Below, in pieces: positions 57,325-64,000 of a DNA stretch of 64,000 nt (positions within the stretch are counted from its first letter, which is position 1; each line of letters opens with the position of its first letter). Origin of the DNA: a virus. The notes under the pieces are model-generated. The model was not told where the DNA came from. It saw only the letters and a list, made by a program, of their open reading frames with translations, and made no database searches. The position numbers and the translations under genes are program-made. The stretch is from IMG/VR virus record IMGVR_UViG_3300035701_000001, one strand, 5' to 3'.

Positions 57325-57564
57325 ATGAAGAGTGCCAACCTCGCGAAGGTCGAGAACGGCTTCATCGTGACCCTCTGCTACCCGAAGAAGTTCGAGCCTT
57401 CTGCCGAAGAGCGAAAGCTGATGGAGAAGTACGCCGGATCATGCGAGGGGCCTCCGCTCGGACTCGGAGAACTCGACTTCGGAAACCAGATGGTCGAAGA
57501 GACCCATGTGGCCAAGACCTGGGACGAGGCGGTGCAGATCCTGGCCACCTGCATGGCCACCTGA
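57325..57564 (+). CDS. hypothetical protein (KVENGFIVT type)
   Basis: SD GGGGGA before ATG 57325. Confidence 0.6.
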   Translation: MKSANLAKVENGFIVTLCYPKKFEPSAEERKLMEKYAGSCEGPPLGLGELDFGNQMVEETHVAKTWDEAVQILATCMAT

Positions 57565-57578
57565 CAAGGCGAGCCGAT

Positions 57579-57838
57579 CTCCGCGTTTTCCGCGTTCTTT
57601 GCGGTAGAAAAGAACGGAGGGATCACCACGAAGAACACGAAGAACACGAAGGATCGGATGGGCCGGACTCCGCGTTCTCCGCGTTCTCAGCAGTAGATTT
57701 CCTCTCCGGATTTCTACCACGAAGAACACGAAGGACATGAAGGAAGACGGAGGACCCTCTGATCTCCGCGTTCTCCGCGTTCTCAGCGGTAGAAAAGACT
57801 GAAAGAACCACCACGGAGGACGCGGAGGACACGGAGAG
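57579..57838 (+). repeat. REP-like repeat family, locus 7 (B A B A B A')
   Basis: three tandem units; linker GGAAGACGGAGGACC shared with locus 4. Confidence 0.9.
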
Positions 57839-57883
57839 CACACCAGTCCAAACGGTTTCTCGACCTCTTGCCCATGAAACGGT

Positions 57884-57912
57884 TCGACACAGCCTGTGTC
57901 ACAGGGTAGAAG
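57884..57912 (+). promoter_or_regulatory. Promoter/operator copy 6, upstream of Family B array
   Basis: TCGACAC AGCCT GTGTCA CAGGG TAGAAG. Confidence 0.65.
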
Positions 57913-57932
57913 AGGGGAGAGGTTTCTCTCCA

Positions 57933-58502
57933 ATGTCCAAAACGAAGGACAAGACCCAGAAAAACAAGGTCCGAAAGGACAAGACCCGGTTCGTCTCCGT
58001 GCTCTTGCACCCTCCCAAGGGAGATCCACAGGGACTCTTGAGGGAAGGACCACTCGGGGCTCGGCCCCCCATGGCCTGGCTCTCGAAGACGAGCGAACGA
58101 AAGCACGAGGAGTGCCTGGATTGCGATCCCTGCTTCGAACTGCACCGGGAAGGCTATAGCCATTGCACGGTGTGTGAAGAGGAATGGCCGTGCAGCCAGG
58201 TGGGTAAGGTCGAGGTTCCTGCAAGCAAACAGTGGAAGCCCTGCGAGGGGTGCCCCCCCGAGAAAGAACGGTGGAGACCCTGTGGAGGGTGCCGGGGAGA
58301 TGCCATCGTGCTTGCCTGGGAAGGCCAGGTCATCGAGGGGGGCTGTACGTGGCTCACCATGAGATACCCATCGAGAATGTTCAGCACCCTTTACGTAGAT
58401 GTTGTCTTCATGCTCAAAGAGCAAACCGATTTCAGTTCCCTTCGCGCGGTGGGAGAGGTTGTCCTGCTCGATGCGAACGGCAAGGAGGTGTTCGGTGACT
58501 GA
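57933..58502 (+). CDS. Family B paralog 1 (Cys-rich insert)
   Basis: VLLHPPKGDPQGLLREGPLGARPP...IVLAWEG...LLDANGKE. Confidence 0.85.
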   Translation: MSKTKDKTQKNKVRKDKTRFVSVLLHPPKGDPQGLLREGPLGARPPMAWLSKTSERKHEECLDCDPCFELHREGYSHCTVCEEEWPCSQVGKVEVPASKQWKPCEGCPPEKERWRPCGGCRGDAIVLAWEGQVIEGGCTWLTMRYPSRMFSTLYVDVVFMLKEQTDFSSLRAVGEVVLLDANGKEVFGD

Positions 58503-58917
58503 CCCCTCCGCCATCCTGCTCGTTGCCACATCCGAACACGGCAAAGCCCTGTTGCGAGAGGGGCCGTGTGGAGCACGCCCCCCGATGGTCGTGCTGGGAG
58601 GGAAGGGCCGAGACGGTCCGGCACGGTGGCTTCCACGCGACCAGGCAGACTGGACAACGACCAATCGGAGATGTCCCATGTTGGGGCGGGATTTCGGCGG
58701 GGGCCATCGTGCCGTTACCGCTCTTGTTCTCGCCTGGGAGGGGGAAAACGTCCCCGAAGGCTGGGACCGCCTCACCCGTGTCGCGCCGAAGGTCTATCTG
58801 TCCCGTCTGAACTTCTTTCCCGACGGTGCGCTCGCCTGTGCGCGTGCGTACGAACGGGCCGGATTCGGGACCGTCGTCTGCCTGGGAACGGACGGCAAGG
58901 AGATGTCCGATGGCTGA
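58495..58917 (+). CDS. Family B paralog 2
   Basis: GTG start; ILLVAT...GPCGARPP...LVLAWEG...LGTDGKE. Confidence 0.85.
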   Translation: MTDPSAILLVATSEHGKALLREGPCGARPPMVVLGGKGRDGPARWLPRDQADWTTTNRRCPMLGRDFGGGHRAVTALVLAWEGENVPEGWDRLTRVAPKVYLSRLNFFPDGALACARAYERAGFGTVVCLGTDGKEMSDG

Positions 58918-59443
58918 CCCCTCCGCCATCCTGCTCGTCCCTACACCCGAGTATACCGAGGTTCTCTTCCGTACTGGCCCCTGTGGAGCCCGACCTCCAC
59001 TGGTCGGTCGCTTTGCGGTCGCAGGGACCGCGAAGTGCCCTCACTGCCAGAAAACGCTTCGCTACAGCCCCCCTCCAACCGAGCAGACCTCCGATCTCTG
59101 GTGTTGCGATTCCTGCGACCAGTCGTGGTACGAACGGCAGATCTACGACTTCTCGGAGCATCGCTGGGAAACCTACCGGGGCTGGAAACCGGTTCCCATG
59201 CAGTGGGATCGCTGTGCACTGGTCCTTGCCTGGGAAGGCAAACCGTTGGAAGAAGGCCTTTTCCGTGCAGTCCGTGCACTGGGAAAGGACCATGGAAGGC
59301 TCGAACGGATCCAGGCGTACCTGAACTGCATCGAAATGAGGGGGATTCCCGATCTCCTGGAAACCTGCCAGTACCATAGGCTTGATACGTTGGGCACGTT
59401 GATCCACCTCGACGCGGAAGGCAAGGAGGTCTCCGGTGGCTGA
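58910..59443 (+). CDS. Family B paralog 3 (CPHC..CCDSC insert)
   Basis: family motifs. Confidence 0.85.
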   Translation: MADPSAILLVPTPEYTEVLFRTGPCGARPPLVGRFAVAGTAKCPHCQKTLRYSPPPTEQTSDLWCCDSCDQSWYERQIYDFSEHRWETYRGWKPVPMQWDRCALVLAWEGKPLEEGLFRAVRALGKDHGRLERIQAYLNCIEMRGIPDLLETCQYHRLDTLGTLIHLDAEGKEVSGG

Positions 59444-59861
59444 CGTCCATGCCCTCTTGCTCGTCCCCCCCAAGAGAGATCCGAAGGGCCTGCTCCGCGA
59501 AGGACCCTGCGGGGCAAGGCCTCCCAATGTCCACTGGACGACCTGTCCGGTGCACGGGCGCAGTGCCCTGGTCTCCAACGACAAACTTCCACCCGCACCT
59601 TGCCCTGAGTACGCCTGCGGACCCATCCACACCCACGAGGCCCTCGTGCTTGCGTGGGACGGACAGCCGGTGGACGAGGGAATCGACCGGGCCGTCCGGG
59701 TTTTGGGTTTTCACCGGAGCCATGTCTACAAGATCGTGATGGCCCATCTGGGACTGCTGAAAGGCCCCGAGAACCTGCTGCGCTGGTTGCGGGACGATTC
59801 GGTGAATCTCGGTACGCTCATCCGGCTCGACGAAGATGGAAAGGAGATCTCCGATAGCTGA
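59436..59861 (+). CDS. Family B paralog 4 (CPVHG insert)
   Basis: family motifs. Confidence 0.85.
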   Translation: MADVHALLLVPPKRDPKGLLREGPCGARPPNVHWTTCPVHGRSALVSNDKLPPAPCPEYACGPIHTHEALVLAWDGQPVDEGIDRAVRVLGFHRSHVYKIVMAHLGLLKGPENLLRWLRDDSVNLGTLIRLDEDGKEISDS

Positions 59862-60270
59862 CCCCTTCGCCGTCCTGTTCGTTCCCACCGAAGAACATCG
59901 GGAAGCCCTGCTGCACCGTGGCCCGTGCGGAGCCCGGCCGCCGATGGCACAAATCAACTCTCTTCTCGTTGGTGACAAATGGGTGCCGATCTGGGTCGAG
60001 GTGACGTATGAGTATAGACCTGGATTCGCACTCGTTCTTGCCTGGGAAGACAAGTCCGTTCTCGAAGGGCTGGAACGACTGCACCACCATGCAACGGAGT
60101 TCTCCCTCGCTGAGAAATGCCGATGGAAATGGAACCTGAAGGCCCCTTCGGACTGGATGGTCCCTGACCAGGTTTTCGAAGTCGTACAAGTCGCCCGGCT
60201 TGCCGAGGAAATGGGGCTTGGAACCGTTGTCTGCCTCGATGCGGAAGGCAAGGAGATCTCCCATGGCTGA
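59854..60270 (+). CDS. Family B paralog 5 (ATA in the start position)
   Basis: AAGGAG-N7-ATAGCTGAC aligns with ATGGCTGAC/GTGGCTGAC of siblings. Confidence 0.7.
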   Translation: MADPFAVLFVPTEEHREALLHRGPCGARPPMAQINSLLVGDKWVPIWVEVTYEYRPGFALVLAWEDKSVLEGLERLHHHATEFSLAEKCRWKWNLKAPSDWMVPDQVFEVVQVARLAEEMGLGTVVCLDAEGKEISHG

Positions 60271-60697
60271 TCTCTTCGCCGTCCTGCTCGTCCCCTCTCC
60301 CGAGCACCTGGAACTCACGCTCGATGGTCCCTACGGAGCCCGGCCCCCAACGGCCCGTGCCTTCACGTGCCCCGTGCACGGTCGGGGCCCCTGGTACGTC
60401 CACAACTACGCGCTGAGCACACGCTGCTGCAGTTCCGTGAAGGCAGATTCCACCTGTACGAAAGATTGTCCTCCCACCGTCGGCCTCGTGCTGGCCTGGG
60501 ACGGAAAACCCATCGAGATGGGCATGTTCTATGCAGTACGCGCTCTCGAAAAAGCCATCGGTAGACGCCACGAAATTTTTGTGTCCTGGCACTGTGTCGA
60601 CATGGACAACGTGAGGAATCTGCGACATGACTGCCTTGGCCATGAACTTGGAAAGTTCCTCAGTCTAAACGCCGATGGACGGGAGATGAACCCATGA
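60263..60697 (+). CDS. Family B paralog 6 (CPVHG insert)
   Basis: family motifs. Confidence 0.85.
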   Translation: MADLFAVLLVPSPEHLELTLDGPYGARPPTARAFTCPVHGRGPWYVHNYALSTRCCSSVKADSTCTKDCPPTVGLVLAWDGKPIEMGMFYAVRALEKAIGRRHEIFVSWHCVDMDNVRNLRHDCLGHELGKFLSLNADGREMNP

Positions 60698-61764
60698 GCG
60701 ATGTGGGAACTCCCATTCTACTGACGCGAGACGCCTTCCGAACTGCCGTGTTCGAGCGGGACCAGTACCGGTGTGTGCTCTGCGAAAAACCAGCCGCCGA
60801 TGCCCATCATATCCTCGACCGTCGTCTCTGGCCCGACGAGGGCTACTACCTGGAAAACGGGGCCTCGGTCTGCCCCGAGCACCACATCCTATGTGAACAG
60901 ACCGTAGTCTCCTGCGAGGAACTCCGGGAACGGTGTGGTATTACCCACGCCATCCTTCCTCCGCACCTCTACGATGACGGGGACTCCCACTATGACAAGT
61001 GGGGCAACCCGATCCTCTCGAACGGAATGCGGATGCGGGGGGAACTGTTCTTCGACGAGTCCGTCCAGAAAGTCCTCGTGGAAGGAAGGGTTCTCGGCCT
61101 CTTCACCCAGTACGTGAAATATCCGAGGACGTACCACCTCCCCTGGAGTCCTGGAGTCACAAAAGACGACCGGGTGCAGACCGATCTTTCGGCCTTCAAG
61201 GGGCAGGAGGTGGTGGCAACCGTCAAGATGGACGGGGAAAACACGACTTTTTACCGGAACTATATCCACGCCCGGTCCCTGGAGTACCGGCCACGGGTAG
61301 ACCGCGACCGGGTGAAAGCCCTCCATGCGGTCCTTTCCCACGAGATCCCTTATGGATGGCGCATTTGCGGCGAAAACCTCTGGGCAGAGCACAGCATCCG
61401 CTACGAGCACCTTCCGTCCATCTTTCAGGTCTTCTCGGTCTGGGACGATCAAAACCACTGCCTTCCGTGGGACGAAACGGTGGAATGGGTAGCCATGCTC
61501 GATCTACATATGGTTCCAGTGCTGTACCGAGGCCCTTGGGATGAAGCCCGTGTCCGGTCGCTCTATGTCCCGACGTTTCAAGACGAAGCGTGCGAGGGGT
61601 TCGTGATTCGAGTCACTGCAGGGTTCCGCTATGGGGAATTCCGCCGGAAAGTCGCCAAGTACGTCCGGGAGGGGCATGTCCGGACACAGGCCCATTGGAC
61701 CCGTTCCATCCGACCCAATGGTCTTCGGATCGATACTGAAGGAAAGGAGACTCCCCATGTCTGA
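60694..61764 (+). CDS. HNH endonuclease - ATP-dependent RNA ligase fusion
   Basis: N-term RDQYRCVLC...AHHI...NGASVCPEHH; C-term KYPRTYHLPWS, KMDGEN (adenylation motif), CGENL, EGFVIR, AKYVR. Confidence 0.85.
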   Translation: MSDVGTPILLTRDAFRTAVFERDQYRCVLCEKPAADAHHILDRRLWPDEGYYLENGASVCPEHHILCEQTVVSCEELRERCGITHAILPPHLYDDGDSHYDKWGNPILSNGMRMRGELFFDESVQKVLVEGRVLGLFTQYVKYPRTYHLPWSPGVTKDDRVQTDLSAFKGQEVVATVKMDGENTTFYRNYIHARSLEYRPRVDRDRVKALHAVLSHEIPYGWRICGENLWAEHSIRYEHLPSIFQVFSVWDDQNHCLPWDETVEWVAMLDLHMVPVLYRGPWDEARVRSLYVPTFQDEACEGFVIRVTAGFRYGEFRRKVAKYVREGHVRTQAHWTRSIRPNGLRIDTEGKETPHV

Positions 61765-62152
61765 TGTGTGGACCATCCTGCTCATTCCAAAGAAAGAGGA
61801 CCCGTTTGGAATCCTTCGGAGAGGACCGTTCGGAGCCCAGCCCCCGACTCTGATGAACTTCTCATCCAACCCGACCTCGAACAAGTCGGGGAGATGGGAC
61901 TGCTCGGTTCACATTCCAGATCAGCCAGGTTGGAAATCTCCACCGGAAGCACTCGTCCTCGCCCACGAAAGGGGTGTGGTCGAGGAGGGGGTTGTCTGGC
62001 TCGCAATGCGGTGTCCACCGATTGTCTACGGAAACCTGTACGGCCCGATCTTCGGCATGCTCAAGGAAGGATGGGTGTACGAACCGCTTGAGGAGGTGGG
62101 TACGGTCCTCCTGCTCGACCGGGAAGGGAAGGAGATCCAGCCGAGAACATGA
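61757..62152 (+). CDS. Family B paralog 7
   Basis: ILLIPKKEDPFGILRRGPFGAQPP...LVLAHE...LLDREGKE. Confidence 0.85.
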   Translation: MSDVWTILLIPKKEDPFGILRRGPFGAQPPTLMNFSSNPTSNKSGRWDCSVHIPDQPGWKSPPEALVLAHERGVVEEGVVWLAMRCPPIVYGNLYGPIFGMLKEGWVYEPLEEVGTVLLLDREGKEIQPRT

Positions 62153-62189
62153 AACGGGAGATCCTGTTCGAATTCTTGGGAGGTGTCCG

Positions 62190-62687
62190 ATGGGTGACGG
62201 GAAGGCGATTCTGCTGATTCCAGCCAAGGGAGACCCGTTGGATCTGCTGGCAGAAGAGGGACCCTGTGGGGCTCTTCCGCCCAGAGCATGGTGCCACCGG
62301 ACTCCTGCTCGGGTCCACGAAGCATGCCAGGACTGCGATGATCTGCGTGATCTGCACCAGGGAGAGGACGGAGACTGGTGCTTCCACTGCACGGAGTGCC
62401 ACGAGCGATGGCCCTGTCTGGAGGCTGGTAAGGAGGTCGAGCCTCCCTCCGAGACATGGGAACCGGGTGGACGGTTTCCCGATGCCCTCGTGCTGGCCTG
62501 GGATGGAAAAACACTGGGTTACGGCTGCCTGTGGCTCGCAGAAAGAGCCGGTCACGTGGTGCCTGGCTTGATCCGAGGCAAGGTTGACTTCCTGCTCTCA
62601 GGTATCGGAGACATGCCGGGATTCCTCGGGGAGTACGGAACCGTCGTCCTACTGGATGTGGAAGGCAAGGAGGTTTCCCGTGGTTGA
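62190..62687 (+). CDS. Family B paralog 8 (insert shared with B1)
   Basis: SD GGAGG; HEACQDCD...HCTECHERWPC. Confidence 0.85.
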   Translation: MGDGKAILLIPAKGDPLDLLAEEGPCGALPPRAWCHRTPARVHEACQDCDDLRDLHQGEDGDWCFHCTECHERWPCLEAGKEVEPPSETWEPGGRFPDALVLAWDGKTLGYGCLWLAERAGHVVPGLIRGKVDFLLSGIGDMPGFLGEYGTVVLLDVEGKEVSRG

Positions 62688-63111
62688 TGTGCACTCGGTC
62701 CTGCTTGTTCCGTCTCCCGAGCATGTCAAAGCACTACTGTGCTGTGGACCTTGCGGAGCCCGTCCTCCAATGGCACACCGTGCTGTACGCCCCATGGGTG
62801 CAGACTTCGAAATGTTCTGGTGTGGAGCACAACTCACTGAGACTCCGTGGGGAACTGGATTTGTTCTTGTCCTTGCATGGGAAGGGGAGACGGTTCCCGA
62901 AGGAATGGATCGTGTGACTCGCTGCGTTGAAAAGAAGGGACAAATGGTGGATTCAGAGCACGAAAAGCACAACAACCTTTTTGCTGCAAACTGGATACAT
63001 CAAGCGAATTTTTCGGATTTGAACAACAAGAAAAGCGGTGTACCTGCATTATTGCTCCAGTTTGGAACCCTCGTCTTTCTCGATGCGAACGGCAAGGAGA
63101 TTCAGCCATGA
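62680..63111 (+). CDS. Family B paralog 9
   Basis: GTG start; family motifs. Confidence 0.85.
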   Translation: MVDVHSVLLVPSPEHVKALLCCGPCGARPPMAHRAVRPMGADFEMFWCGAQLTETPWGTGFVLVLAWEGETVPEGMDRVTRCVEKKGQMVDSEHEKHNNLFAANWIHQANFSDLNNKKSGVPALLLQFGTLVFLDANGKEIQP

Positions 63112-63518
63112 CGAAACGGCTTCTCTGTGCCATTCTGCTGATTCCCGCCCTGGAAGATCCGCTGGGACTTCTCCAGGAAGGCCCCTGTGGAGCCAGGCCT
63201 CCCCTGGCAATGAAGCCGGACTGCGAAATCCACGGGGCCCAGTGGATCCTCGGCAAGGAAGTTCCCTGCTGCCAGAACGCAGGACACAGCATTCTCATGG
63301 GAAACTGCGTGGAGGCCCTTGTACTCGTCTGGGACGGCAAACCGGTCCGCGAAGGGTGCGGGAAGCTGGAAGAAGCCTGGATGCCCTATGTGGCCGTCCG
63401 CTGGATTGACCAGGTTCTCCTGGAGATCCTGCAGGGAACCTCACGCAAGTCTCTCGGGGAAGATTGCCCCGGAACGCTCGTGTTCCTCGATGCCGAAAGG
63501 CGGGAGATCACTCCATGA
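63108..63518 (+). CDS. Family B paralog 10 (CEIHG insert)
   Basis: family motifs. Confidence 0.85.
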   Translation: MTKRLLCAILLIPALEDPLGLLQEGPCGARPPLAMKPDCEIHGAQWILGKEVPCCQNAGHSILMGNCVEALVLVWDGKPVREGCGKLEEAWMPYVAVRWIDQVLLEILQGTSRKSLGEDCPGTLVFLDAERREITP

Positions 63519-63925
63519 CTACTACTCCTGTCCACGCCGTTCTGCTCACCCCGGAGAAGGGGGACCCTCTCGGCCTGCTCCACGGGGAACCGTGCGGAGC
63601 CAAACCCCCCATCGCGTTTCGCGTGGACTGCAAGATCCACGGGGTTGGATGGTTCGCGGCCAACGAGAAACCCTGCTGCCTGAACGCGGGAATCCACCTC
63701 ATGGCAGGAGAGTCCACGGAAGCTCTGGTCCTCGTCTGGAAGGGAGAACCCGTTCCGATGGGGATGGACCGGGTACGTCGCTGTGGGCTCGACATCGAGG
63801 ACGACGAGGTCCTTCGGAACGCAGAAGATTGGGCGACCATCGGAATCATGGAGGGGACCGTCGTTCTGCTCGATGTACGGGGGACCAAAGGCCCTCCCAC
63901 TCACTGCAGCCGAACAGAACCGTAG
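63515..63925 (+). CDS. Family B paralog 11 (CKIHG insert, close to B10)
   Basis: family motifs. Confidence 0.85.
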   Translation: MTTTPVHAVLLTPEKGDPLGLLHGEPCGAKPPIAFRVDCKIHGVGWFAANEKPCCLNAGIHLMAGESTEALVLVWKGEPVPMGMDRVRRCGLDIEDDEVLRNAEDWATIGIMEGTVVLLDVRGTKGPPTHCSRTEP

Positions 63926-63937
63926 AAGGTAAATTCC

Positions 63938-64000
63938 ATGAAGAAGACCTCTGCTTCGACAATGAAACGGTCCGCTCTCCTCCTGGTCCCGGATCCGGGC
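63938..64000 (+). CDS. probable Family B paralog 12, 5' partial
   Basis: MKKTSASTMKRSALLLVPDPG matches the family ALLLVP start. Confidence 0.55.
   Translation, partial: MKKTSASTMKRSALLLVPDPG

Overview
This is a densely packed, GC-rich window with almost all genes on the + strand, many coupled by ATGA or GTGA overlaps. It most likely comes from a large (jumbo-type) bacteriophage or phage-like element. That is an inference: no terminase, portal or major capsid gene is in the window, but it carries a Tad1 anti-Thoeris sponge, two MazG-like pyrophosphatases, an N6-adenine MTase, an HNH-RNA ligase fusion, Ea22-like and WYL-like proteins, XRE regulators, a head-decoration-like gene and many small Zn-finger proteins. 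The main feature is a 27.5-kb tandem array (5711-33175) of 55 paralogous small genes, called Family A here. Each has a short hydrophobic leader, an acidic linker, a conserved W-x2-RF-x3-D-x2-R-x3-GxPxL(T/S)-x2-ERM-x2-LLG core, a hypervariable middle domain and a loosely conserved C-terminal A-x2-LA-x2-L-x-xP helix. The array shows local duplications, two nonsense alleles, an internal-deletion member and an inserted papain-like protease flanked by oppositely oriented repeats. A second, unrelated array (Family B, at least 12 paralogs, 57933 to the window end) has constant LLxP...GPCGARPP / LVLAWxG / LDxxGKE blocks around swappable Cys-rich inserts. Also present: a dispersed ~85-bp REP-like repeat (7 loci) that folds into a G.U-rich hairpin on one strand only; a six-copy sigma70 promoter with an embedded TGACAC-N5-GTGTCA palindrome; and the 5' end of a TnpB gene at the left edge, absent from the ORF track. 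All family assignments come from motif recognition by eye; no database search was run.
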